Shown: in pieces, positions 23,966 to 34,612 of the stretch | Layout: each line of letters opens with the position of its first letter | Numbering within the stretch: the stretch's first letter is position 1 | Virus record (IMG/VR): IMGVR_UViG_3300023371_000094 | Strand: one strand, 5' to 3' | Origin: a virus | Taxonomy: Duplodnaviria > Heunggongvirae > Uroviricota > Caudoviricetes | DNA length: 39,994 bases | Position numbers and translations under genes: made by a program | Notes under the pieces: model-generated | The model's database searches: none | What the model saw: the letters and a program-made list of their open reading frames with translations, nothing else | Told to the model about the DNA's origin: nothing

Positions 23966-24247
23966 ATGTTAAACGCAAAAGAATTCAGTCGTAAATATGC
24001 CGAGGCATACGGCGTAAGCTACAAGCAAGCCGCTACAATTTGTCAAAGTGTTTTTGACTTCCTCGGTGAGACCATATATCAGGACAAAGAAGATGTTGTA
24101 ATCTACGGATTCGGTTCTTTCAAACACAAGAAGACCGCGCCTAAGAGAGTTAAACATCCTTCTACGGGCGAAATGATGACGATGCCCCCGAGAGATATGA
24201 TCAAATTTACGCCAAGCGGCGTGGCATACGACGAAACAAATACATAA
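23966..24247 (+). CDS. HU/IHF-like DNA-binding protein
   Basis: VVIYGFGSF...RVKHPSTGEMMTMPPR..IKFTP. Confidence 0.9.
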   Translation: MLNAKEFSRKYAEAYGVSYKQAATICQSVFDFLGETIYQDKEDVVIYGFGSFKHKKTAPKRVKHPSTGEMMTMPPRDMIKFTPSGVAYDETNT

Positions 24248-24264
24248 ATACCAAAGGGTGGAAT

Positions 24265-25278
24265 ATGAAGAAGTTAGAGCAGATTACGCCTGAGCAATGG
24301 GATAATGTGCACGAGTTCAACAGAACCATCCTTGAAGACTTTTTAACGAACTCTACTGAGCTATCGCCTCGCACGAGGAAAGCTTATGAGTCGAATTTGA
24401 AGATATGGTTTGTTTGGGTTAAAGATAATCTTGGAAACAAGACTCAACTCGAAATCAAGCCATTGGAGTACAAAAAGTTTCAGAACTGGATGGTCAATCG
24501 CGGATGTTCATCTGCGGACGTTAATAACAAACGCGCCGCGATTAGCTCGCTGAACGGGTATATAGAGATATATTATCACGACGAATATCCTATGTTCAGG
24601 AATTTTATCAACAAGAGTATTAAAAGACCTCCCAAAGCATTTGTCAACCCTAAAGAACCCTTGACTAAAGAGGAGTTCAATCATCTCATCGAGGTGTTGA
24701 CAGAGCGTGAGGAGTGGCAGAAGGTGGCATACCTTATGTTCACCTTAGATACTGGGTGCCGTAGAGCAGAAAGCAGACAACTGCTGAAGAGTGTTGTAGA
24801 CGCTCGCCCGATCAAGAAGATGAGAAAAGTCACGGACGAAGACGGAAACGAGATAGAAAAGGAAGTCCTTTATTACCAAACCCATTCCATTCGTTGCAAA
24901 GGCGCAGGTAGCGTCGGCAAAGTCAGAAAGTTTATCTTCGGCGAAGATACGATGAAAGCGCTCAAGAAATGGGTGGAGCACAGGGGCGAAGATGAGTGTG
25001 AGTATATGTTTGTTACTCGCTATGGTGGAGAAGTTCGCCAAGTGAGCGAAACCTTATTTAATACTTGGGCAACGAGCACATTCTCAAAAATCATCGGAAG
25101 ACGCGCATATCCTCACCAGTTGAGAAGTTCGCGTGCAAGCCAGCTTGCAGTAGAGGATGGAGTTGACATAAAAGTAGTGCAAAAGCTTTTAGGTCACGAA
25201 TCCGTGACAACCACAGAGATTTATGTTGTCAGAGATGACAGCGACGATCTCGATGAACTATATGTTGAAGACGACTAA
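24265..25278 (+). CDS. Tyrosine recombinase/integrase family protein
   Basis: LDTGCRRAE (R), KG, PHQLRSS (HxxR), LLGHES (H), TTEIY (Y). Confidence 0.9.
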   Translation: MKKLEQITPEQWDNVHEFNRTILEDFLTNSTELSPRTRKAYESNLKIWFVWVKDNLGNKTQLEIKPLEYKKFQNWMVNRGCSSADVNNKRAAISSLNGYIEIYYHDEYPMFRNFINKSIKRPPKAFVNPKEPLTKEEFNHLIEVLTEREEWQKVAYLMFTLDTGCRRAESRQLLKSVVDARPIKKMRKVTDEDGNEIEKEVLYYQTHSIRCKGAGSVGKVRKFIFGEDTMKALKKWVEHRGEDECEYMFVTRYGGEVRQVSETLFNTWATSTFSKIIGRRAYPHQLRSSRASQLAVEDGVDIKVVQKLLGHESVTTTEIYVVRDDSDDLDELYVEDD

Positions 25279-25304
25279 TCCCGCCTAATATAGGGCGGGA
25301 TTTC
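25278..25304 (+). terminator. Hairpin after the recombinase (probable terminator)
   Basis: AATCCCGCC-taatatag-GGCGGGATT followed by a short T-run. Confidence 0.55.
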
Positions 25305-25318
25305 TCAATGGAGGATTT

Positions 25319-26440
25319 ATGGAGAACAAAGGAAAGGGCGGACGACCTATGGGTGGCAGTAAATCTGAACAATCAAGGCTCAAAAGTTCGAGCCCCATAC
25401 AGATTGACACCAGCGTCAAGCCGGAGAGAATCAAGAACGACCAACCGAATACAAAATATAGATGTACTTGCTGTGGCAAGGAATATAACACACAAAAGGG
25501 CAATTTCCCCGTGTCAAAATCCTTCCTTTATGAAGGCAATAACGGGTACATACATATATGCAAACATTGCGTAGAGAAGCTTTATCAGCAATTGGTAGGC
25601 TTCTATTCTGGAAACGAAGAGCACGCACTTGAGCATTGTTGCAGACTTTTCGATTGGTACTACAATAGCGACATTGTCGCAATGACCAAAAACATTTCCC
25701 AAGGCAGGTCTAAGGTCTTGGTTTATCCTTCAAAGATGAACGTTAACCAAGCGAAGGGAACCACATATTTGGATACCCTTAAAGACCGCCATAGTAATAA
25801 GATTATGACTATGTCAGACATCACACCCGACGAGATGGCTGACGGTGAAGAAACGTCGGGAGCATCCCGCGTGTCCAAAGAAACTATTATGTTCTTCGGG
25901 TTTGGATACACGGATGAAGAATACGACTTCTTGCTCAACCAGTACACGGACTGGACGACAAGATACGATTGTAAGACCAAAGCACAGGAAGAGTTGTTTA
26001 AGAGCTTGTGCATAGCCCAGCTTACAATCCAAAAAGCACAGTTGCGCGGTAGCACCAAAGAAGTCACCGATGCAATGAAGGCTTTCCAAGACTTACTTGG
26101 AACCAGTAATTTGAAGCCGAGCCAGACTAATGATAACGCATTAGCCGATCAAAACACATTCGGAACTCTCATTAAAAAGTGGGAAACCGAACGTCCTATA
26201 GGTGAACCTGATGAGGAATGGAAGGATGTAGATGAAATCGAAAGATACATCAGCACGTTCTTCTTGGGACATCTTTGTAATCTCGTTCACGTTAAGAACG
26301 ATTACGAAGAATTGTACCGCGAGGAAATGGCGAAATACACCGTTACTCCTCCCGAGTACGAGGAAGATGATCTTGGCGAAACTTCACTTTTGGACAAGTT
26401 CAGCGATAAGGTAACCAAGGATGGCGACGATAACTCGTAA
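25319..26440 (+). CDS. Zn-finger protein upstream of TerL; candidate terminase small subunit
   Basis: CTCCGK...HICKHC; overlaps the TerL start; gene order as in SPbeta-like phages. Confidence 0.55.
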   Translation: MENKGKGGRPMGGSKSEQSRLKSSSPIQIDTSVKPERIKNDQPNTKYRCTCCGKEYNTQKGNFPVSKSFLYEGNNGYIHICKHCVEKLYQQLVGFYSGNEEHALEHCCRLFDWYYNSDIVAMTKNISQGRSKVLVYPSKMNVNQAKGTTYLDTLKDRHSNKIMTMSDITPDEMADGEETSGASRVSKETIMFFGFGYTDEEYDFLLNQYTDWTTRYDCKTKAQEELFKSLCIAQLTIQKAQLRGSTKEVTDAMKAFQDLLGTSNLKPSQTNDNALADQNTFGTLIKKWETERPIGEPDEEWKDVDEIERYISTFFLGHLCNLVHVKNDYEELYREEMAKYTVTPPEYEEDDLGETSLLDKFSDKVTKDGDDNS

Positions 26441-28190
26441 TTCCCAGACGGAGTCGCAAGTCAAACAAGACAAAGCCGACAGAATAATGAACGGCGTGAA
26501 TGTGTGGGCAGCATTCTATCGGGCAAATCCACACCGCTTTGCCCGGGATTACCTTAACTTAAAACTGGATAGATTTCAGCAGATCATTTTGTGTATGATG
26601 TTCCGCTTTTCAAACGTGGTTTACTTAGCGAGCCGTGGTGGCGGTAAATCATTCTTGATTGCTATATTCTGCGTCATACACTGTATCCTATATCCAGAAA
26701 CAAGAATATGTCTTGCTTCAAAGACGCGAAAACAGGCAACGGAAATCATCGATAAAATCCGAGAAATCCTAATGCCGCGTTCCGCAAACTTGAGGCTTGA
26801 GATAGAGGAAGTTCAAGTTAACCAAGCTAACGCTTTCGTGAGCTTCCGCAACGATTCGAGAATTGTCGTTGTAACGGCGGCAGACTCAGCACGACATAAC
26901 AGAGCAACTGTTCTGGTCGTGGACGAGTTCCGTATGGTAGATAAGAATATTATCGACACCGTTCTTCGTAAGTTCTTGACATCGCAGAGACACCCCGCTT
27001 TCTTGGATAAGCCCGAATACAAGGATTATCCAAAGGAGCAAACCAAAGAGCTTTATGCAAGCTCTTGTTGGTACGAGTCACATTGGTCGTATGAGTTGGT
27101 ACGCTCGTATGTAGTCAATATGATTCGAGGCAGAAGCTATTTCTGTTGTGCAATGCCATATCAGTTGGCTATCAAAGAGGGAAGATTGGATAAGACAAAG
27201 GTCGAGGACGAAATGTCCGAAACTACGTTTAATGCAATAACCTTCCAGATGGAAATGGAAGCATTGTTCTTCGGACAGAGTAGCGGAGGTCTTTATAACT
27301 TTGATGAAATTGACCGCAATCGTGTAATCAAATATCCGTTTTATCCAAAGTTTGCAGGACACAAGATTGCAGACAAACGACTGTATATCCCGCCGAAGAT
27401 CCCCGGTGAGGTCAGAGTGCTTTCAGCCGATATTGCACTTATGTCTTCAACGAAAAATAAGAATGACGCCACGTCAATCTTTGTAAACCAAATGTTGCCC
27501 ACCTCTAATAACAGGTTTGTAAACAACATTGTTTACGCGGACAACAACGAGGGACTTCGTACAGATGCGCAGGCGTTGGTAATACGCAAATTATTTGAGG
27601 ATTACGATTGTGATTACCTTGTATTGGATACCAAAGGCTTAGGTCTTGGAGTTAGTGACGCCTTAATGGCGGACATATACGACCAAGAGAGTGGCACAAC
27701 ATACGGAGCGCTATCTTGTTGTAATAACGACGAGTTGGCGAAACGATGCTTGGTGCCCGACGCTCCAAAAGTAATTTGGTCTGTCCAAGGCACGCAAGAG
27801 TTTAACTCTCAATGCGCACTCGGACTACGTGAGGCACTTAAGCAGGGAAGCGTTAGGTTACTAACTTCCGAGTTTGCCGCAGAAGATTCTCTCGGAGAAC
27901 TGCGCGGATATGACAATCTTAGCACCGCAGATGCGTTGAACCTCAAGTTGCCTTATATACATACATCGCTCCTGATAAACGAGCTTATTAAGCTTGAGTA
28001 TGAGGTGCGCAACAATGTTATCAGAGTAAAAGAAAAAGCAGGAATGCGAAAGGATAGATATAGTAGTTTGAGCTATAACATCCACGTCGCAAAAATCATA
28101 GAAAGAGATCTACAAGTTCAAAAATCGAAGAAAACGATGGAACAACTGGTGTTCAAGTTTAGAGCACCGCAAATCAAAAAGAAATATTAA
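26421..28190 (+). CDS. Terminase large subunit
   Basis: ASRGGGKS (Walker A), LVVDEFR (Walker B), nuclease motifs SADIA, VLDTKG and KDRYSS. Confidence 0.9.
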   Translation: MATITRNSQTESQVKQDKADRIMNGVNVWAAFYRANPHRFARDYLNLKLDRFQQIILCMMFRFSNVVYLASRGGGKSFLIAIFCVIHCILYPETRICLASKTRKQATEIIDKIREILMPRSANLRLEIEEVQVNQANAFVSFRNDSRIVVVTAADSARHNRATVLVVDEFRMVDKNIIDTVLRKFLTSQRHPAFLDKPEYKDYPKEQTKELYASSCWYESHWSYELVRSYVVNMIRGRSYFCCAMPYQLAIKEGRLDKTKVEDEMSETTFNAITFQMEMEALFFGQSSGGLYNFDEIDRNRVIKYPFYPKFAGHKIADKRLYIPPKIPGEVRVLSADIALMSSTKNKNDATSIFVNQMLPTSNNRFVNNIVYADNNEGLRTDAQALVIRKLFEDYDCDYLVLDTKGLGLGVSDALMADIYDQESGTTYGALSCCNNDELAKRCLVPDAPKVIWSVQGTQEFNSQCALGLREALKQGSVRLLTSEFAAEDSLGELRGYDNLSTADALNLKLPYIHTSLLINELIKLEYEVRNNVIRVKEKAGMRKDRYSSLSYNIHVAKIIERDLQVQKSKKTMEQLVFKFRAPQIKKKY

Positions 28191-28205
28191 GCAAAGGAGG
28201 AAGAA

Positions 28206-29717
28206 ATGGATAAAAGAAATAACTCCCGTCCGGCTAAGAAAAAGCCCGCGACAACCTCTCAAAAGTCAAAACAGCAAGACGCTCTTGTCGAAATGCCGAT
28301 GTCTTTTGCCAGAGAACTGATCAAACAAATCGTTTACAATCCTAAAAATTCCTCTTCTCAAAAGTCATACACATATTCCCTATACACAAAAGAGAATATT
28401 CTGAAATGGCTACAATCACCCTCGTCTAACGAGACGAGCCTGCGTAATGCATCGAATTATATGTACCTATCTTCTATGCATTATCAAAGGCTTATCCAAT
28501 ACTACGCAGGGTTGTATTACGGATACTACGTAATATCTCCCCTCGGATTTGAAAAGACAAACGGAGCAAAGAGAGAAAGCATAGCAAAGCAATATTACAA
28601 GGTTACCAAATTCTTGGAGCTTATCGATGTTCCGTCGTTGGTGAGAAGTGTAGTAGGTGTGTGCCTGCGTGACGGTATTTACTACGGAGTAAAGTGGTCT
28701 GATAAATCGTCCACCTTTATTCAGAAGTTGGATCCCGACATTTGCAAGCTCACGTCCATATGCAACGGAACATTCTTGTATGCCGTAGATATGACAAAGC
28801 TTCAGGGTAAACTTGAGTTTTATCCCGCAGCTTTTACGGATATGTATGCAAAATATTTGCAGACTGGAGAGAAATACCAAGAGGTTCCGCCCGATATTTC
28901 CGTCTGTGTCAAAGCAGACGACACTATCATCGACTTCTCGGTTCCTCCTTTTGCGGCAGTTATGCCATCTCTTTACACTATTGCAAACACCGAAAATTTG
29001 CAGGAAACCGCAAATGAGTTGAAAAACTACAAAATGCTTACAGGCAAGGTTCCAGTCGATACCAACGGTAACCCGTTGATTGGCTGGGATTTGTATTTGA
29101 AATATTATAATCAGTTGAGCAACGCGCTTGGTGAGAACGTTGGACTGGCTATCACTCCTTTTGATATGGATCAGTTCAGCTTTGACCAAAAGAGTGGCGT
29201 TTCCGACGTGGACGATATTGCAAAATCTGTGGCTAATTTCTGGTCTACAGCGGGTACTTCCGGTCTTTTGCACGGTGTTGCAAACGATACGTCTGGTGTT
29301 ACCAAGCTTTCAATCAAGAATGATGAAACCTACATATTCGGAATTGTAAAACAGCTCGAAAAGGTTCTTAACAGATACCTGAAGACTACCTTCTCGGGTA
29401 CTATCAAGTTCAAAATTACATTCCTTCCTATAACCGTATTCAATAGAGACGAACTTGTCAAGGAGTACAAAGAAGCCGCATCATTCGGTTTGGGCAAATC
29501 CCACTATGCGGCAGCTCTTGGTATTCCTCAGTACGATATTGCAGGTTTGACATTCCTTGAGGAAGATTTGCTCGGGTTCGGCGAGCTTGTTCCTATGCGT
29601 AATACTTATAACTCCGGCGAAGAAGACGGAGAAAAGGGACGCCCTCAGAAGAAAGACGAAGATCTTTCGGATGATGGAGCAAGCACTCGTGACAATGACA
29701 CCAATGCAAACCGATAA
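28206..29717 (+). CDS. Portal protein
   Basis: 503 aa directly after TerL; LRDGIYYG and helical content typical of SPbeta-type portals. Call rests mainly on synteny. Confidence 0.75.
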   Translation: MDKRNNSRPAKKKPATTSQKSKQQDALVEMPMSFARELIKQIVYNPKNSSSQKSYTYSLYTKENILKWLQSPSSNETSLRNASNYMYLSSMHYQRLIQYYAGLYYGYYVISPLGFEKTNGAKRESIAKQYYKVTKFLELIDVPSLVRSVVGVCLRDGIYYGVKWSDKSSTFIQKLDPDICKLTSICNGTFLYAVDMTKLQGKLEFYPAAFTDMYAKYLQTGEKYQEVPPDISVCVKADDTIIDFSVPPFAAVMPSLYTIANTENLQETANELKNYKMLTGKVPVDTNGNPLIGWDLYLKYYNQLSNALGENVGLAITPFDMDQFSFDQKSGVSDVDDIAKSVANFWSTAGTSGLLHGVANDTSGVTKLSIKNDETYIFGIVKQLEKVLNRYLKTTFSGTIKFKITFLPITVFNRDELVKEYKEAASFGLGKSHYAAALGIPQYDIAGLTFLEEDLLGFGELVPMRNTYNSGEEDGEKGRPQKKDEDLSDDGASTRDNDTNANR

Positions 29718-29732
29718 CGAGAGGTAGACAGT

Positions 29733-29969
29733 ATGGATAATTGTAGAGAAGAAAAGAAGTTTATAAAAATATTTGATGAGAAGATCGCTATGAGCCTTGC
29801 TGATAGCGGTTTTTCATATATGAAAGAAACTATCAATGGCAATCAAGAGGTATTCATTTTCGAAGAGTCGGAAGCCTTTATGAACGAGGTCAACAAGTAT
29901 ATGACATTCGGCGAAGGCGAAGACGGCGGAGATGTATTACTCGTCGAAGATACCACTGTGTGTTTCTAA
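29733..29969 (+). CDS. Hypothetical protein
   Basis: 78-aa ORF between portal and protease, with RBS. Confidence 0.6.
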   Translation: MDNCREEKKFIKIFDEKIAMSLADSGFSYMKETINGNQEVFIFEESEAFMNEVNKYMTFGEGEDGGDVLLVEDTTVCF

Positions 29970-29989
29970 AGAAGGAGTGAGAAATACCT

Positions 29990-31630
29990 ATGAATTTATC
30001 AGTTGGATTTACTGCGAAAATCACTCCTGTCAAGCCCGTCAACGATGAGATGACATTGTGTAAATGTTATATTATGTGCCCCGGTCGTAATGTCAACAAG
30101 TCTGACATTGTGAAAGAGGCAGTTGACGATGCGTTGCCTACGCTGTTCAACATTCCCGTAGTTGGACACATTTTCGTAGACGAGGAAGATGAAGAGCTTC
30201 GTATGGGTGGACACGATAAAGAGATTAAGAAAGACGCAAACGGCAAGTACTATCTCAGATCGTTGACCGTTCCTTATGGTACCGTTCCTTATCAGGACAA
30301 TGTACATTACGAAGAGGTTGAAGAAAAGGACGGATCTATTAAAACATATCAAGTTGCAGACATCATCCTCTGGACGGGTAGGTATCCTCAGCTTTTGGAT
30401 ACCAAATATGATGACGATATCTACTTTAACCAAAGTATGGAAATCAAACCATTGGAAACAGTTGTGGATAAAGATGGATACACAGTGGTTAAAAAGTTTA
30501 GATATTCAGCCCTGTGCTTGATGGGTAAGAGTGATGATCCTGACAAGAACGTTCGTCCTTGCTTCCCGTCCGCGAGAGTTGAACCATACCATTTCTCGAC
30601 TGCAGAAAATTGGGAAGAACTTTTCGAGGAATTTAAGAGCAAGTTGGCTGACAGTTATGGGTTGAAACCTAACTTTGAGAAAGGAGGACAAAAATTAGTG
30701 AATCTTGAGAACATTGAAAGCATTTTAAGAGAGTTCGGCATCGAAAGCGTTGAGCAGTTGTCTTTTGAAGTTACGGAAGATATGACTGAGGAAATGCTGA
30801 GAGAACGCCTTACAGAGATGAGTGCTAACGGAGAACCCTCTGGAGAGGGAGAGCCCGCAGGAGAGCCTGCTGGAGAACCCGCCGCAGAACCCCAGAATGA
30901 TACTGACGGCGAAGGCGAAGCTGGTACAGGAGAACCCGAAGGTGAACCTACTGGCGAAGGCGAGTTTACCGACAATTCTGGCTCAGGCTCCGGCGAAGGA
31001 GAACCTGCACCTCAATTCCAGTTCGAGCTCACAAACGAGGAAACTCGTAGAGCTTTGTGCAATGCAATTTCAGCTTTGTGTGAATGGAACGACGTTCTCT
31101 ATAAGAGCTACTGGCTTTGTGATTTCGATAGCCAGCACGTATACGTTGGATACTACTTTGCATCCGACGAGGGTACGGTAGATGGTTACGCGAGATTTGC
31201 ATACTCCAAAACCGAAAATGATATCGCGCTTAATGCGGATAGCTTTGAGAAGGTTCGTCTTGTTTGGATGACTCTTGAAGAGGCAGAAAAACTTGACAAG
31301 GAGAGAGCAGAGTATGCCGAGCTTGTTGAGTATAAACGTGCAAAACAAGAAGCTGAAAGAAAACAGGAATATGCCGCAGTTATTGCGGAGTTTTCCGACT
31401 TGTCTGATGTTGAGGAATATCAGACCGTGGTCAGCAATGCAATGGATTTTGCAAGTGCTGAGGACTTGAAAGAGAAGCTTTACGCAGTTCGCGGTAAGTC
31501 CGGAATTGTTAAGAAGCGCGATGTATCTGAAGTCAGAATTCCCATTCTGAGCTTCGCAAAAGACGAAAAAACTATCACGGCAGAAGAAGAATTCTTCAGC
31601 AAATATCTGCCCGATGCAATTAAAAAATAA
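29990..31630 (+). CDS. Prohead protease / scaffold fusion
   Basis: N-terminal GRNVNKS, IPVVG, NQSMEI, FRYSALCLMG (protease-like). Acidic GEPA linker and C-terminal coiled coil. Confidence 0.7.
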   Translation: MNLSVGFTAKITPVKPVNDEMTLCKCYIMCPGRNVNKSDIVKEAVDDALPTLFNIPVVGHIFVDEEDEELRMGGHDKEIKKDANGKYYLRSLTVPYGTVPYQDNVHYEEVEEKDGSIKTYQVADIILWTGRYPQLLDTKYDDDIYFNQSMEIKPLETVVDKDGYTVVKKFRYSALCLMGKSDDPDKNVRPCFPSARVEPYHFSTAENWEELFEEFKSKLADSYGLKPNFEKGGQKLVNLENIESILREFGIESVEQLSFEVTEDMTEEMLRERLTEMSANGEPSGEGEPAGEPAGEPAAEPQNDTDGEGEAGTGEPEGEPTGEGEFTDNSGSGSGEGEPAPQFQFELTNEETRRALCNAISALCEWNDVLYKSYWLCDFDSQHVYVGYYFASDEGTVDGYARFAYSKTENDIALNADSFEKVRLVWMTLEEAEKLDKERAEYAELVEYKRAKQEAERKQEYAAVIAEFSDLSDVEEYQTVVSNAMDFASAEDLKEKLYAVRGKSGIVKKRDVSEVRIPILSFAKDEKTITAEEEFFSKYLPDAIKK

Positions 31631-31655
31631 AAATTTATAAGGAGAAAAAATAATT

Positions 31656-32144
31656 ATGGCTTATGCTTGTGTAAGAACTGACAATATGTCAGGTACTGTA
31701 AACGGCAAGGATCTCGTGTCCTTGAAATTTATGGTCGGCGAGACCGAGGCACCCGTTGAAAACGGTAACGTTGTCCTCGTTGGCGACCATCTTGAAGGCG
31801 AGCGCGAAGTTCGCAAGGCTACTGCACCTACTAAGAACGCAGATGTTTATAAGTGCGCCCTCGTGGCGAGCGAGGAAGTTGTTAAGAGCAAGGCTCGCAA
31901 CACTCTCGCAGAGTTCAGAAACGAAGCTGGCGACATCGCTCGCGGATACAGATTCGTTGCAAATGACTGCTTCTCCGTTACCGCTGAGGCTTTTGCTGAC
32001 GGTGCGGCTCTTGAAGTGGGCGCTACTGTAGAGCTTACTGACACCACTAAGCTTTCTGCAGTTGCTGAAGCAACCGGTGCTGCTTCCGTTGTTGGTAAGA
32101 TCGTTCTTATCGAGAACGAGTGGTACGTAATCGAAGTTGCGTAA
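31656..32144 (+). CDS. Capsid decoration/cement-like protein
   Basis: Small Ala/Val-rich beta protein between scaffold and capsid; highly biased codons. Confidence 0.55.
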   Translation: MAYACVRTDNMSGTVNGKDLVSLKFMVGETEAPVENGNVVLVGDHLEGEREVRKATAPTKNADVYKCALVASEEVVKSKARNTLAEFRNEAGDIARGYRFVANDCFSVTAEAFADGAALEVGATVELTDTTKLSAVAEATGAASVVGKIVLIENEWYVIEVA

Positions 32145-32170
32145 TTAAAAGAAAGGAGAAACAATACATA

Positions 32171-33163
32171 ATGGAAAATGTACTTACTATTGCTATCGGT
32201 GCAATTAAGGGCACTATGAGTGGCGAATTTTCAAAAGGTCAGACTTCCGAGGCTCTTCGCAAGGCGTTCATTGAGATGAACGGCGGATCTGACAAGCTCA
32301 ATCCTAAGACTTTCGTTCGCGGAAATGAGCTCTATTCTGCGGTTGAGGAATTGATTCCTACTATCGTTGAGGAAGGTTTGAAGGATGAGAATCCTATCTT
32401 CCGTCTCGTTGAGTACAAGAACACCGCAAGCGGCGACGTTAACGAGTTCTATACTTCTGGCGAAGCTGTGTTCATCGTTGCAGATGCCGCTGCTGGTATC
32501 CGTGGCGTAAGACGTCAGAGAATCTCTGGCGGTGAGAAGGTTACCGTTAAGACCTCTATGAAGATCGTTCGCGTTTACGAGAACCTTGGTCGTCTTCTTG
32601 CAGGTAGAATCACCTTCGACCAGTTCGTAACTGCTGTTGCAAACTCTTTCAAGAAGACCATCCTTGCTGATGCGTATGCTGCTATCGCTGGTATGACCGA
32701 GAACACTGCTGGTCTCAGCTCTGAGTACGTATATGCTGGTACTTTCGATGAGGACAAGCTTCTTGCTATCATCGAGCACGTTGAGGCTGCTACTGGCAAG
32801 ACCGCTACTATCTACGGTACCAAGACTGCTCTTCGTAAGGTAACTTCCGCCGACGTTTCCGACGAGGCTAAGAGCGACCTTTACAATATGGGCTTCTATG
32901 GCAAGTTCAACGGAACTGCTATGGTTCAGCTCAAGCAGGCTCACAAGCCCGGCACATCCAACTTCATCCTCGATGATTCCAAGATCTACATCATCGCTGG
33001 TGATGACGCTCCCGTTAAGATGGTTAACGAGGGCGAGGGTATTATGCTTACCCGCGAAGCAACCGAAAACAACGACCTTACTCAGGAGTATGTTTACGGT
33101 CAGGCATTCGGTACTGGCGTTATCTGCGCTGAGAAGATGGGTATCTACACCATCGCAGGCTAA
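32171..33163 (+). CDS. Major capsid protein
   Basis: 330 aa from ATG 32171 (RBS GAAAGGAG); strongly biased codons; followed by a terminator; synteny. Confidence 0.8.
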   Translation: MENVLTIAIGAIKGTMSGEFSKGQTSEALRKAFIEMNGGSDKLNPKTFVRGNELYSAVEELIPTIVEEGLKDENPIFRLVEYKNTASGDVNEFYTSGEAVFIVADAAAGIRGVRRQRISGGEKVTVKTSMKIVRVYENLGRLLAGRITFDQFVTAVANSFKKTILADAYAAIAGMTENTAGLSSEYVYAGTFDEDKLLAIIEHVEAATGKTATIYGTKTALRKVTSADVSDEAKSDLYNMGFYGKFNGTAMVQLKQAHKPGTSNFILDDSKIYIIAGDDAPVKMVNEGEGIMLTREATENNDLTQEYVYGQAFGTGVICAEKMGIYTIAG

Positions 33164-33180
33164 TATAGCTTAAATACTTT

Positions 33181-33215
33181 AAGGCAGGCGTGTGTGGAAC
33201 ACGCTTGCCTTTTTA
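33181..33215 (+). terminator. Intrinsic terminator after the capsid gene
   Basis: AAGGCAGGCGTGT-gtgga-ACACGCTTGCCTT-TTT. Confidence 0.85.
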
Positions 33216-33244
33216 ATAAATTTGAATAAAAGGAAGATATATAA

Positions 33245-33838
33245 ATGGCACAAAAGAAAAAGGACAACATCACGCTTCCCGAAGATGTTTTGGAAGCAAC
33301 CGAGGCGGCTACCCTCGATTTTACAAAAAGTAGCGGTTCATACAAAATTGACGATAGCGTACTTGTAAAAGTTAAGAGTACATATTTCGGACGCCTCTTC
33401 TATCGTAACAAGAAAACAGGCGAGAGCACAGAGTGGCTACGCGCTGGAGATATCCAGATCGTTTCTATGGGCGACTTGAGAGCGATGAAGGCAACTCAGG
33501 TTGCGTTCTTCAAAAACCAGTGGCTCGTTATTCTTGGAGTCGCAGACGGCTCCGAGTGTGAGGCTACCTGTGCGGACATTTACAAAGCTCTCGTTATCAC
33601 ACAGTACTATCAGAATTACATCGAGCCTACCAATGTAAGTGTAATCTGCTCTTGGAACGAGAAGGAGATTGCAGAGAGAGTTGCAATGATGAGCGCTGGC
33701 GCTCAGGAAAACCTCGTGGTAACGCTCAACGAATGTATCAAGAATGGCGCTCTGGATTCAATCAGATCCATCAGAGCGTTTGAAAACGCACTCGGATGCA
33801 GACTTCACGATTTGCACGACGAGGAAGACGATAAGTAA
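33245..33838 (+). CDS. Hypothetical head-region protein
   Basis: 197-aa ORF with RBS. Confidence 0.6.
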   Translation: MAQKKKDNITLPEDVLEATEAATLDFTKSSGSYKIDDSVLVKVKSTYFGRLFYRNKKTGESTEWLRAGDIQIVSMGDLRAMKATQVAFFKNQWLVILGVADGSECEATCADIYKALVITQYYQNYIEPTNVSVICSWNEKEIAERVAMMSAGAQENLVVTLNECIKNGALDSIRSIRAFENALGCRLHDLHDEEDDK

Positions 33839-33848
33839 GGAGAGCTAA

Positions 33849-34286
33849 ATGGCAACGAAATTTTCTGAAATATACGAAAGGGCGATCTTCAAAATTACGG
33901 ATTATGGTTTTCTGCATACCGCCAACGAGTATTTGAAAAAGGCGGCTCTTCAGAAGTACTTGCTATCTGCTGTCGTTGATTTTCAGCATTCTTGCCGTGT
34001 TGACTTGAAAGATTACGATAAGGTAGAGGAACAATTTAACAACGACTTGGACGATGAAATCATAGAGATTTTGTCACTCGGAATCGCGTTTCACTGGTTC
34101 TCCGCAAAGACGCTCAACAGCGAGCTTTTGCGTAACGTCATACACCAGAAAGATTACACATCTTATTCTCCCGGCAATCTTCTCAAGGTTGTCAAAGAAG
34201 TAAGGGAAACGGTTCGCGCAGAATATACGGGTAAAATTAACACGTATTCCTTTCGGTACGGAAATATCGATAAGCTAAAGGCATGA
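33849..34286 (+). CDS. Putative head-tail adaptor
   Basis: 145 aa, helical; position after capsid. Confidence 0.5.
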   Translation: MATKFSEIYERAIFKITDYGFLHTANEYLKKAALQKYLLSAVVDFQHSCRVDLKDYDKVEEQFNNDLDDEIIEILSLGIAFHWFSAKTLNSELLRNVIHQKDYTSYSPGNLLKVVKEVRETVRAEYTGKINTYSFRYGNIDKLKA

Positions 34287-34612
34287 GGTGTTATATGGAA
34301 CAACTTTTGAATTTTTTATCAAATTTGCGCGGAGATGTGTTTAAACTCCTCCCTATGAAAGAAGACGAAATGGCAGGCGTTGATAATCACCTTAGTGATT
34401 ACATTGAGGCTCTGCTTATCAACCTTGAGGGAGCAACAACTACATATCCGATTTTGGCAAATCAGAAACAGTACTTGTACGTAATCAACAATTTGCAGTA
34501 TGCGTCAAAACATCCTGTTGACTTCAAGAAATGGAGAAAGATCGTCTTGAATTCAACCCGCAATATCGACAACCTTTATGTGGCATACGGGGGAGTAAAG
34601 AATGACAAATGA
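34283..34612 (+). CDS. Hypothetical protein
   Basis: Overlapping-operon ORF. Confidence 0.55.
   Translation: MRCYMEQLLNFLSNLRGDVFKLLPMKEDEMAGVDNHLSDYIEALLINLEGATTTYPILANQKQYLYVINNLQYASKHPVDFKKWRKIVLNSTRNIDNLYVAYGGVKNDK

Noticed and set aside
30830-31010. GEPAGEPA/GEGE repeats in the protease-scaffold gene
   Set aside because: Ordinary acidic low-complexity linker; protein-level repeat only.
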